Made by a program: the position numbers and the translations under genes. The notes under the pieces were generated by a model. The model was not told the origin of the DNA. It did not search any database and worked only from the letters and a program-made list of their open reading frames with translations. Below are positions 10,312-21,041 of a stretch of DNA of 64,000 nucleotides, one piece after another (the stretch's first letter is position 1; each line of letters opens with the position of its first letter). The stretch is taken from assembly GCA_965198115.1 (NCBI GenBank), contig OZ240241.1, positions 7,616,001 through 7,680,000 on the forward strand, written 5' to 3'. The DNA is from Candidatus Latescibacterota bacterium. GTDB taxonomy: Bacteria; Latescibacterota; UBA2968.

Positions 10312-11340
10312 ATGCCAGACCCCATCCACCGAGTGGCCCTCGTAGGAACAGGCGGCATCTCCCGCGCACATACCGAAGCCGCAACCCGTACCGATCGTGC
10401 CGAGCTCGTCGCCCTGTGCGATGTTCGACAGGAATCGATCGATACATACCGCGAACGCCATCCGAACGTCACCGCGCCCGCCTATCTCGACATGAACGAA
10501 ATGCTCGAGAAGGAAGAGATCGATATCGCCGTCATCTGCACGTGGGGCGCCTTTCACGCGGAAGTCGGGGCGGGTCTTGCTCGATCAGGCCGCGTCAAAG
10601 CCATCCTCTGCGAAAAACCCTTCACCCAAACTGCCCGCGAAGCTGAAAGCCTCGTCGCCGCCGTGAACGACAGCGACGCCTTCATCGCGGAGGCCTTCAA
10701 GTTCCGCCATCATCCCATGCACCTCAAGGCACGAGAACTGATCGACGCCGGCGCGATCGGCGACGTGATGACCGTCCGCAGCACCTTCTGCACTTCGGGC
10801 GGACAGTCGAAGGAAGACCAGAAAATCCGACTCGACCCCAACGCAAACTGGCGCTTCAACAAGGCCAAGGGGGGCGGCAGTATCTACGACCTCGCCTGTT
10901 ACAACATTCACCATGCCCGATGGACCTTCGGCGAGGATCCCGCCGAAGTCTTTGCCACCGCGCGCCCCGGAATCGAGGTCGATGTCGCCGCCCACATTCA
11001 GTTCGTCTTCCCGAGCGGTGGCGTTGCTCAGATCTCCGTGGGCTTCGATACCTACAGCAGTCAGGAATTCCACATCATCGGCGATCGTGGCAGCCTGCAC
11101 ACCGACAGGGCCTGGAACAACGAAAACCGTCCCACCTGGCTCGACCACTATTCACCTGACCTGACCCAGCGACATCATTTCGCTCCGTGCTTCCAGTTTC
11201 AGTTCCAGCTCGAGCACATGTGCGACGTCCTCGAAGGCAAGACCGAGCATCGCATCTCCCCCGAGAACAGCCTCGGCCAAATGCGCACAATCGACGCGAT
11301 CTACGAGTCGTTCGAGTCGAGAGGAGCGGTGAGGCTGTAG
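10312..11340 (+). CDS. Gfo/Idh/MocA oxidoreductase
   Basis: VGTGGIS, CEKP, GGGSIYDLACY. Confidence 0.9.
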   Translation: MPDPIHRVALVGTGGISRAHTEAATRTDRAELVALCDVRQESIDTYRERHPNVTAPAYLDMNEMLEKEEIDIAVICTWGAFHAEVGAGLARSGRVKAILCEKPFTQTAREAESLVAAVNDSDAFIAEAFKFRHHPMHLKARELIDAGAIGDVMTVRSTFCTSGGQSKEDQKIRLDPNANWRFNKAKGGGSIYDLACYNIHHARWTFGEDPAEVFATARPGIEVDVAAHIQFVFPSGGVAQISVGFDTYSSQEFHIIGDRGSLHTDRAWNNENRPTWLDHYSPDLTQRHHFAPCFQFQFQLEHMCDVLEGKTEHRISPENSLGQMRTIDAIYESFESRGAVRL

Positions 11341-11561
11341 AGGACTGAGCGGGCGATGAGGAGAGCCCTTCGGTACGCCTGCTGCGCAGGCTACTCAGGA
11401 CTGGCGGGAAAGCAGGCGTGGCGAGAGCGCTACGCGCTCAACTTTTTACGCTTAACCAATGTCATCCCGGTACGCTTCTGGGCCGGGATCCATTTTCATA
11501 TGTAGCTATATCAACGCGTCCCGGGAGCCAGTAAGACGAGCAGTTTTCTGCCTCTTGCCAC

Positions 11562-11697
11562 AGCGTCCCCGGGCAGGAGCCCAGGGGCGAGCGTGGAGGC
11601 CGCGCTTTTGCCGGGCCCGGTCTAATGAACACGTGAGAACCGGGCCCCGTCATCGCCCATCGCGAACGCTCGTCCCCGTGCTAAGCACGGGGACGTT
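11562..11697. repeat. REP-doublet (REPIN/PATE-like) element, copy 1
   Basis: Two inverted GC hairpins AGCGTCCCCG..GGGGCGAGCG around an internal GGGCCCGGT..ACCGGGCCC stem; second copy at 13210-13354. Confidence 0.7.
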
Positions 11698-11849
11698 ATT
11701 GATTCGTCTCTCTTCGTGTACCAGTCTTTCTTGGTTTCTTCGTGTCTTCGCGCCTTCGTGTTGCCTTTCTTGATGTCCCACCTGCGCCAAGGCTTCGGTG
11801 GGCAGGCTTGGGGTCTTGGTGGTTCAGTTTTGTGTGTAAGGAGATATAG

Positions 11850-12941
11850 ATGCAGCGCGTAGCCATCATCGGGAACACCAACCGCGGCCGCTATGGCCAC
11901 CATCTGGACATGGGCTTCGTCGGGGTCGAAGGCGCGGAGATCGTCGGTCTCGCCGATCCGGACGACGAAGGCCGTGCCGCAACGGCTGAAAAAACGGGCG
12001 CACCCGAGTCATTCGCCGACTATCGGGAAATGCTCGAGAAGCTGAAGCCCGACATCACCGTCGTCGCGACACGCGAGATCGGCGACCATCACGACCTCGT
12101 CACGACCGTCGCCGAGTTTGACACCCACGTCTATCTCGAGAAACCGATCTCCGCCACCCCTGCCGAAGCCGACCGCATGGCCGACGCCGTCGAAGCCAAA
12201 GGCAAACTCTTCATCCTCGCGACGCCCTGGCGCGGTCATCCCCCGATCCAGCACGTCGCTATCCCCCTCATCAAAGACGGCAAGATCGGCGAACCCCGGC
12301 TGGGTCGTATCCACGGCATGAACGGCCCCCACGGCGGCGATCAGATGTTCCTCGACCTGTATCCCCACTTCTTCGACTTCCTCGACCAGGTCTGGGGACA
12401 GCCATTCTGGTGCAGCGCGCACATCAGCGTCGATGGCCGTGACGCCACGCCAGCCGACCTCAAGCAAGGCGTCGAGGGTATGGGTCTCGTCGCCGGCAAC
12501 GGCATCCGCGCCTACTACCAGTTCGAAAACTTCGCCGCCGATTTCGAAGCCTACGAGGGCGATCACGACCGCGAACGCCCTTATCGCATCGACGTCCACG
12601 GCACAGAAGGCTCTCTCTCTCTACCAGGCCCGATGAGCAACCAGCCTGACATCTACTACCATCCCCGCGTCGCCCCACGCCTCCACGACGACGACCGCTG
12701 GGAAGTCATCCCCGCCGACCCACCGCCAAGCGACGAAAAGTGGGTCAACGCCCACCACCGCATGGCCAAATCCATGATCGACCGCATCGAAGGCCGCGAG
12801 CCCGAGTTCGACCTCCTCGAAGGCAGACACGCGAGACGTCACGTCGAATGGGCTATGGCGGCTCATGCATCTCATATGGCCGGCGCCCGTGTCAGCATCC
12901 CCCTCGATACGGCAGCGAATCCGTTCGACGGTTGGGCGTAG
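11850..12941 (+). CDS. Gfo/Idh/MocA oxidoreductase
   Basis: Rossmann-like N-terminus, HVYLEKP. Confidence 0.85.
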   Translation: MQRVAIIGNTNRGRYGHHLDMGFVGVEGAEIVGLADPDDEGRAATAEKTGAPESFADYREMLEKLKPDITVVATREIGDHHDLVTTVAEFDTHVYLEKPISATPAEADRMADAVEAKGKLFILATPWRGHPPIQHVAIPLIKDGKIGEPRLGRIHGMNGPHGGDQMFLDLYPHFFDFLDQVWGQPFWCSAHISVDGRDATPADLKQGVEGMGLVAGNGIRAYYQFENFAADFEAYEGDHDRERPYRIDVHGTEGSLSLPGPMSNQPDIYYHPRVAPRLHDDDRWEVIPADPPPSDEKWVNAHHRMAKSMIDRIEGREPEFDLLEGRHARRHVEWAMAAHASHMAGARVSIPLDTAANPFDGWA

Positions 12942-13176
12942 GTCTTTTGCGCAAGTCGCGCAGGACCGACTCGAGCCTGCACTGAGCGAAGTCGAAGTGA
13001 GTCGGGAATGACCCGTCACGCAAAGCCTGGAGCGTCCGGCCATCATGCGCCGACATTGTCCGCGCCCGTTACTGTGCAACCCGACTCCCGTCGGGGAACG
13101 ACCCTTGATGCGAAGCAGTCGCGTTAGAACATCATGGCGCTGGGTTTAACCTGTGAGGTCCCAGGCATCCAAGTTA

Positions 13177-13198
13177 ATTTTCCGATCGATCGGAAAAT
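13177..13198. promoter_or_regulatory. Perfect 22-bp palindrome, candidate operator
   Basis: ATTTTCCGATCGATCGGAAAAT, upstream of the PQQ-propeller gene. Confidence 0.4.
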
Positions 13199-13209
13199 CT
13201 GCTCTGTCA

Positions 13210-13354
13210 AGCCAAGAGCGCCCCCGGCAGAGCCCAGGGGCGAGCAGGGCGCTCTCGCTGATCGGGCCCGGTCCTGATGGCCTAACGAGAACCGGCCCCA
13301 CCACAAACCTCCGCGAACGCTCGTCCCCGTGCTCTGCACGGGGACGCTCTGGCT
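13210..13354. repeat. REP-doublet element, copy 2
   Basis: Same architecture as 11562-11697 with diverged loops. Confidence 0.7.
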
Positions 13355-13371
13355 GAGTCGCGAGAACCAGG

Positions 13372-14727
13372 ATGAAACACAATCTCCCTCCTTACAGATT
13401 TCTCCTGACGATCCCGATGTTCGCCGCCATTTCCACCGCGCTTCCTGCAGGGGCAGCTGACGATGGACTGGGCGCCGAACACAACTGGGGGCGATGGCGT
13501 GGTCCCCTGGACACCGGCGTCGCACCGCACGCCAATCCGCCGATCGAATGGAGCGAAGAGCAAAACATTCGCTGGAAGGTCGCACTGCCGGGCAAGGAGC
13601 ATTCGACACCGATCATCTGGGGCGATCGTGTGTTCGTCACGACTGCCATCCCTTACGGCGAGGCTTTGAGCCCCAGCTACAGCGGTGTCCCTGGCGCACA
13701 CAACGAACTTCCCGTAACGCGTCGTCACAAATTTGTGGTGATGGGCATCAGCCGTCGCGACGGAAAGGTCCTCTGGGAACGGACCGTGAGACAGGGTCTT
13801 CCGCACGCCGGGGGGCACATCACCGCAAGCCTCGCATCGCATTCCCTCGTTACGGACGGCGAGCACGTATTCGCCTCCTTCGGGTCCTACGGACTCTACT
13901 GTTTGAGTCTGGATGGGAAGATGGTGTGGGAAAAAGACCTCGGCCGGATGCACACGTTGCACGGGCACGGTGAGGGCAGTTCCCCCGCCCTCTACCAGGA
14001 TGTGCTCGTCATCAATTGGGACCACGAAGACCAGTCCTTTCTTGTCGCATTCGACAAGCGTAACGGCAGAGAGCGCTGGGAGGTCGAGCGCGATGGCGTC
14101 ACGTCGTGGACCACGCCTATCATTGTCGAGCCAGATGGCGCACCGCAGGTCATCATCAGCGGCTCGGAGAAGGTGCGTGGCTACGACCTGGCCAACGGAG
14201 ACGTCATCTGGGAATGCGGCGGGCTGTCGGTGGAAAACGTGGTCGCTTCACCTGTCGCCAGAGACGGTGTGATCTATGTTGGCAGCAGCTACGACAGAAA
14301 TGCCGTGCTGGCGATTCGTCTGAAGGGCGCTGAAGGTGACATCACCGGGACGGAACACGTCGTCTGGAGCCGCACCGGAGGGGCGCCGTATGTGCCTTCG
14401 CTCCTGCTCTATGGGGACTCCCTCTACTTTCTCAGGCATTTCCAGGGCATCCTCACTCGCGTCGACGCACATACTGGTGAAGATCAGCCCGGGCCGTTTC
14501 GGCTGAACGGCCTCCGCAACGTCTTTGCTTCGCCGGTCGGTGCCGCCAGTCGTGTCTACATCACCGATCGCGACGGCGCAACGATCGTCATCAGTCACGA
14601 TGACACACCCGAATACCTGGCGCTGAACCAGCTCGATGACAGCTTCAGTGCCTCAGCCGCAGTAGTAGACGGCGAACTCTTTTTGCGTGGGGAGGAACAT
14701 CTCTACTGCGTCGCTGAAGAGGAGTGA
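13372..14727 (+). CDS. Secreted PQQ-like beta-propeller protein (BamB-like)
   Basis: Signal peptide, NWGRWRGP, repeated SSP/ASP and GxxxW blades. Confidence 0.88.
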   Translation: MKHNLPPYRFLLTIPMFAAISTALPAGAADDGLGAEHNWGRWRGPLDTGVAPHANPPIEWSEEQNIRWKVALPGKEHSTPIIWGDRVFVTTAIPYGEALSPSYSGVPGAHNELPVTRRHKFVVMGISRRDGKVLWERTVRQGLPHAGGHITASLASHSLVTDGEHVFASFGSYGLYCLSLDGKMVWEKDLGRMHTLHGHGEGSSPALYQDVLVINWDHEDQSFLVAFDKRNGRERWEVERDGVTSWTTPIIVEPDGAPQVIISGSEKVRGYDLANGDVIWECGGLSVENVVASPVARDGVIYVGSSYDRNAVLAIRLKGAEGDITGTEHVVWSRTGGAPYVPSLLLYGDSLYFLRHFQGILTRVDAHTGEDQPGPFRLNGLRNVFASPVGAASRVYITDRDGATIVISHDDTPEYLALNQLDDSFSASAAVVDGELFLRGEEHLYCVAEEE

Positions 14728-14914
14728 CGTCTTCGAGAGTCTTCTCCACTCACTTTCGATTTGCCTTTTGAATCGTTGAGTCCCCTCCACCAGCCCCACT
14801 TGCAGCCCCCTCACCCTCATCCCTATCTTGGTTGCGATGCGCATTCCCGCCTTGACGCAACACCACAAGCGGAGCCGTCACAAATCAATTCCATAATTCA
14901 TAATTCCTCAATCC

Positions 14915-17900
14915 ATGCGCCTCCTTCTCCCTACTGCCTTCTCCCTCCTCACTGCGTTGTCAGCGTCTTCGCCGCTGCAAGCTGTGGATACGCTCTCAGT
15001 AGCGACCACCGACCCACTCCTCGAACGCTGGCGCTGGACGACCATCGATCGAACGAACGGCTTGAAGTCTGCGGTCTTCGACATCGAGGAAGATCGCAAT
15101 GGTGTCGTCTGGTTCGGCACCATGCGCGGCCTCCAGTCCTGCGACGGCTACGATTGGAACGACTACACGAGTGACAGCCTTCGAACGGTGATAGACATCC
15201 TGGAAGAACGGGACGGCGTGATGTGGTTCGGAATGTGGCTCGACGGCTTGGCGCGCTACGACGGCACCGACTGGCGGAACTACACCACGGACGACGGCAC
15301 AGCAACCAACCAGGTCTGGACGCTGGAGCAGACTCGGGACGGCGCAATCTGGGCAGGTTTCCACAACGAAAACGGAACTTTTGCTGACACAACACGAACC
15401 CTGGGAGGTATCAGCCGCTTCGACGGCGAACGATGGACGACCGTAGACATCCCTATCGGGCCCCCAAGACCCAACGTGGTCGACATCCTCGAAGCGTCGG
15501 ACGGGTCACTCTGGTTTACGACCATTGGACACGGTGTCTTCAGACGTTCGCGCGACACGTGGACTCAGTTCACGAAGGAAACAGGTCTGCTCAGCGATAT
15601 GGCCACCCGGATGATCGAAGCACCGGACAGATCGATCTGGATCGGAGGCGACAAGGGGATCAGCCGCTTCAACCCTGGGATCGTGTCCGGGGGTGCAGGC
15701 ACCTCGGGGCAGACTGGGCAGGGCCGATGGACAACCTACGCAGAAAGAGATGGGCTCCCCGCTGGGGCGCGGGTGCCGAAGCTCTGGAGCGATCGTGAGG
15801 GCACGGTCTGGGCAGGGACAGCGGAACCCTCGAGACTCTGTCGCTTCGACGGGGAGCAATGGCACACCTACCCGCAAGATGCGATCCCCCACTTCGACGG
15901 CGACGCAGTCTTTTTTGGACCGACGGCTACGAAGGTCGGGTGGTACTGGTCCTGGTTCGACCGGAAGGTCTATCGATTCGACCCGTCGGAAAACTGGACG
16001 ACTTATGTAGGCCCCGACAGCCTGCGCGGCGCCCGCGAGACCGAGGACGGATCCGTCTGGTTCTCCTCGCCACGGAGGGCGGTGAATTTCCATAACGGAC
16101 GGTGGCTCTCCTACGGGCCGGAAGACGGCTTCCTGGATGAGGACGAACCCCGCATCTACCAGACATCGGACGGCACGCTCTGGTTTACCGGAATGCACCG
16201 GGGAGAAGGCGCGATCGCTCGACTCCTGCCACCTGCCGGCGGGTCCAGACCAGCGTGGCAGATTTTCACGACAGCCGACGGTGCTTTGGATGACAACGGT
16301 TCTCCTTTCGAAACGCGGTCGGGTCACGTCTGGTTCGTGGGGTCCCGAAATGGCCAATCGTCCGCCGCGTACTACGACGGCCGGGAGCTACGACGGTTCG
16401 GAATCGCCGATGGACTGGTCGGCGAATCGCTTCAATCGGGGTTCGAAGCGTCGGATGGGACACTCTGGTTCGGCACAGAGCGTCCATCGGAAGGCACGAA
16501 CACGGTCCACGCCGACGGCGTGATTCGGTATGATCCATCGGCTCCAGCCGGGCCGACCGCCTGGCGGAACTACACGATCGATGACGGCCTGGCGGACGGA
16601 CCGGTCAGGGATTTCGCCGAGTGGCCCGAAGGCACGCTCTGGGTCGCAACAACCGTCGGTGTGAGCCGGACGAACCTGGCGGATCCCGATGCTGGCTGGC
16701 AGAACGCGCTGGATTTCGGTGTCGTTATGCCGAAGTTCGACAACTTTCTCCGCACGGCAGAGGCCTTGTGGTTCAGGTTTCAACCCAACCGCCAGGCGGG
16801 TGTCGTGCGATACGACGGTCAGACCTGGGAAGTCCTGACGGAACCCGACGGTCTCGCCAGCGCGGCAGTCTGCCAGATCTTCAAAGCATCCGACGGCGCC
16901 CTCTGGTTTCCCGCACAGGGCGGCCTTTCCCGTTTCGACGGGAGTAGGTGGGTTCGATATACGGAACGTTACGCTCCGGTCGCAGGTCCTGTACAGACCT
17001 ACGTCAATATTCAGGAGATGTCAGACGGGAGCTTCTGGCTCACGTCCAGATCCCAAGGACCGTCCGTAAGTAGAGAGCTCTTGCACTTTCGGTACGGCGG
17101 AGGGGCGGCCCCGAAGACCATCCTTGGAAAATCGGCGAATCTCGTCTCTTCCGCGGGCAATGTCTCGCTCCAGTGGTCCGGCACTGATCATTGGTTCGCC
17201 ACACCCACCCAGGACATGTGGTATCAATGGCGGCTCGATGACCGAGATTGGATCTCCACGAACCAGACCGACTACACGTTCACGGAACTTGCCCACGGGG
17301 ATCACCGATTCCAGGTTCGGGCCGTCAACCGTCACGGCACGGTTGATCCGTCGCCCCCCTCCACGCCTTCGTCGTCGAAGCCCCGTGGTGGCGCAACCCC
17401 TTCGTAGCCGGAACGGGCCTCCTCCTCATCGCCTTCGCGGCCTTCCAATCGGCCCGCGTCGTCCGCCGCGATCGCAGGCTGCAGCAATCGGTCGACGCGC
17501 TCTCCGCCGCCAACAACGAGCTCTTCCAGGTCAACCGGACCCTCGAGGTCGCGAATGTCGAGCTCCAGCGCGACCGCGCCGTCGAACGCATCCGCGCCGA
17601 AGTCCAGTCGATGGACGAAGCCGAGGACTTCGAGAAGGTGCTCTCGCTCCTCACGACCGATCTCCGAGACGTCGGTCTCGCCTTTCAGTCGTGCGAGATC
17701 GACGTGCTGGATGAACCCGTCGACCAACCCACGATGTCCCACTTCGAGACAAACGGGTTCCGCTACACCACTTTCCGCCTCGATCCGGAGGGCAATGTCG
17801 GCTCCCGCTCCTACAACATCGCCGCCCCCTTCCCGACCGTCATCGAACAGACCCTCGAACGCTTCATCGCGGGCGAGCCCTGGCAGGGGCAGAGTGAAGG

Positions 17901-18819
17901 TCAAGCCATCGTCGAGGTCCCCGCCAGCGGCTATGGACGTCTCCGGCTGACCGCATCGGACCGCGACAGCTTCACAGACGACGAAATCGCCACCCTCCGC
18001 GAGTTCTCCGGCGCGGTGGCCCTCGGCTACGCCCGCTACCTCGACATCCGCGAGATCCAGGCCCAGACCGAACGCAAGTCCGCCTTCCTCGCGTCGATGT
18101 CCCACGAGCTCCGCACCCCGATGAATGCCATCAAAGGCTTCACCAACCTCGTCCTTCGTCGGGGTAAAGACGAACTGTCCGAACGCAATCAGGAAAACCT
18201 TCAGAAAGTCTCCCAGTCGTCAGACTACCTCCTCGCGATGATCAACGACCTCCTCGACCTCTCCAAAATCGAAGCCGGTCGCATGGATGTGAACGTCGAA
18301 ACCTTCGACGTCGCCGAACTCGTCCAATCCTGCTGCGACACTGTCAGCCCCCTCGTCAGAGACGGCGTCGCCCTGAACCAGGATATCGACAACAGCATCG
18401 GCGAAGCTCACACGGATCGCGCACGCTTGCAGAACATGATCATCAACCTCTTGTCCAATGCCATTAAGTTCACCGATAGCGGAACGGTTGCTGTGAGCGC
18501 GAACCGGGAACCGAGAACCGAGAACCGGAAACCCGCGGGCGACAGCCCGGATCCCGGCTCGCGGATCTCGGATCACGACCTTGTCATCGCTGTTAGCGAT
18601 ACTGGTAAGGGAATCCCACCCGAGGAGCTCCCCTCCATTTTCGACGAGTATCGCCAGGTGGAAGGACCAGAGAGTGCGATCCAGAAGGGCACCGGATTAG
18701 GACTCTCCATTACGAAGAAATTCGTGGAGCTGCTGGGAGGATCGATCGGCGTTGAAAGCGAGATAGGAAAGGGCACGACGTTTACGATCACGGTCCCGTC
18801 GAAATACGAGAACGGGTGA
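14915..18819 (+). CDS. Sensor histidine kinase: Reg_prop propeller + Y_Y_Y + TM + GAF-like + HisKA/HATPase; frameshift near 17355
   Basis: ORF 14915-17407 has DG.LWF repeats and GDHRFQVRAVN; the continuation frame has PWWRNP+TM, FLASMSHELRTP, NLLSNAIKF, DTGKGI, GTGLGL. Confidence 0.85.
18501..18575 (+). repeat. In-frame heptamer tandem repeats inside the HATPase domain
   Basis: (GAACCGR)x4 followed by four CGGATCN-like units. Confidence 0.8.
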
Positions 18820-19093
18820 GCAGGCGAGCGGGAGAGCAGGCGTGGCAAATTCCTGATGCGCGCCATTTCGTAGGACCGACCAGGAGCCTGTCCCGAGCGA
18901 AGTCGAGGGAGGTCGGGAATGACCTGTTACACAACGCTCCTACGTCCGGATATCGAGCGCAGACACCACCCTCGCCCCATTGAGGCAGGACCAGTCCTGA
19001 GCAAGGCCGCAGGCTCCATACCGAAGGATAAGTCACGCGACGCTAGACGACCTTTTGTGTCCTGGCGCCGAACAACTCGAAGCAAACGCGCAA

Positions 19094-19883
19094 ATGACTG
19101 AACAACAGAAAATTGACTTCGAAGCCCAGGGCTACCTCATCCTCGAGGACGCTCTCGTCGCATCGGACCTTGATCGCGCACAGGAGGCATTCGACACCGC
19201 CGACCTTGCCGATCTGCCCAACCAGAATCCCCTTTTCATCCATCTGGCCGAACACAGCGGCTTCTTTCCCCTCGTCCACAGAATCATCGGGGACGTCGTG
19301 CAGCTGCGATCGATCGACGGCCACCGCATTGTCCCGGATGATCCAGGTCAGCACTGGAAAAGAGCGACCGCGGGCATGCTCGGCGTCCACCAACCCCTGT
19401 CGACCGTCGGCGTGGACGTCGTCCTGCATCTCGACGACTCGGCAGAGACCGGCGCGTTGCCTGGTCGCTGTTCCGGGCAGCCATCGATTCCGAACGGAAC
19501 TTCCGCTTCCTGATGTGACTTCGATCGAGGAGATGGCGCATCACGTCACCCTGCGTGCGAGTGCAGGCACCGCCATCCTTTATCACACCAACATCTGGAA
19601 AGCCCACACGCCGAACCAAAGCGAAAGCGCGCAGCGCTTCCTCGTCTACAGCTACAACCACTGCTGGATGCGCCAGACGCTTCCCGAACTGTCACCGCAG
19701 GCGCTGGACACCATCACCGCCTCGCACAACCTCAGCCAGCTGTTTGGCATCGGCCCGGACGTGAACGTCGCCTCGGGCTACTGGTCCCGGAGCCTCGAAG
19801 GATACCCCAGCTCAACCGGACTACCCGAACGCAAGTACTCTGAACTGAAAGTCGTTGGCAAAGGGATCAAACCCAACGAATAG
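19094..19883 (+). CDS. PhyH-family paralog lacking the Fe-binding triad; frameshift near 19460
   Basis: QGYLILEDAL and VPGSH present; WKRA replaces WHxD and WKA replaces WHA. Confidence 0.75.
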
Positions 19884-20110
19884 AAAAGGAAGCGAAACAC
19901 ATAGACTGTCGATGCCGCCTGGCGGCATATGTGTTTGGTGCACTGGAAAGTAGTAATGAACTTTTTGCCCCGGGCCCGAGCGGCGTCGGTTCGAGCCCCT
20001 CGACTGCGCTTGGGATAAACTCCGTCGGAAGTCGAGGGCCTCGAAGTGACCCTGTGTTGTTGTTCCTCTACAGAGTGTAAACTACGCACCACGACAACAG
20101 GTAAAGGTCT

Positions 20111-20833
20111 ATGACTCCATCTGAAGCAAAACGCCAATACGACGCGCAAGGCTATGTCCTCATCCGTGGCGCGCTCCAGGGAGATGAACTGAAACGCGTG
20201 CAGGACGCCTTCGAGCGCGCACACGAAAAGGATTCCCTCAGGGATATCCTCAACCAGGACGACGTCTTCGTCGACGTTGTCGACCACCCGGTATTCCTGC
20301 CCATCGTCAGGGCGATTGTCGGGGATGACGCCCAACTGAGATATGGGCGTGGCGGCCTCATCAAGGCGAACAGCGATTCGGGTTCAGGCTGGCACTGCGA
20401 TTTGTCGAGCATCGGAGGCATCTACCTCCCCGATTCCATCATCATGACCAAGCTGTTCACCTACCTCGACACGGTACCGGAAGACGGCGCGTGTCTCGCC
20501 TGCGTGCCTGGCAGCCATCGCTTCGGAATGGGCCATCCCCTGCCCGACCTGCCTGACCACGAAGACATGCCCCACCACGTGAAAATGGTCGTCCAGGCCG
20601 GCGATGCTGTTCTCATGAGCGGCTACACCTGGCACGCGCGGTTTCACAATCGAAGCGACATCCCACGCAAGGTATTGGAATACTCCTACATCCACTCGTG
20701 GATGAAGACGCAATACGAATTCAGTGATTTTTCCGAACACGTCCAATCGTTGATCCTGGCGTCACACAATCGTCGGCAGCTCTTCGGTGTCGCCGAACCC
20801 GGCGTAACCGACTACGAACGACGTCTTGCGTAG
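20111..20833 (+). CDS. PhyH-family dioxygenase
   Basis: WHCD, VPGSH, AGDAV, WHAR. Confidence 0.88.
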   Translation: MTPSEAKRQYDAQGYVLIRGALQGDELKRVQDAFERAHEKDSLRDILNQDDVFVDVVDHPVFLPIVRAIVGDDAQLRYGRGGLIKANSDSGSGWHCDLSSIGGIYLPDSIIMTKLFTYLDTVPEDGACLACVPGSHRFGMGHPLPDLPDHEDMPHHVKMVVQAGDAVLMSGYTWHARFHNRSDIPRKVLEYSYIHSWMKTQYEFSDFSEHVQSLILASHNRRQLFGVAEPGVTDYERRLA

Positions 20834-21041
20834 CGTCGCTTTCCTCAATCGGCCACGGCCAAAAAGTCCGTCAACGCTCGACCGTCCGCCCCCTCGACTC
20901 CGCTCGGGGCAGGCTCTTCGAAGCAACCTGCGCACAGTTAGGTATTGACTCTGCTTTCGATAGAACGATGAGGTCACTCAGGGTGAACGGTGGCTGGCCG
21001 TCCCACCTCACTTCCCAATTTCCTGATTCCCTATTTCCCTA

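Noticed and set aside
17340-17370. Programmed ribosomal frameshift in the sensor kinase
   Set aside because: No canonical slippery heptamer; it falls at a C homopolymer, and similar breaks occur throughout the window
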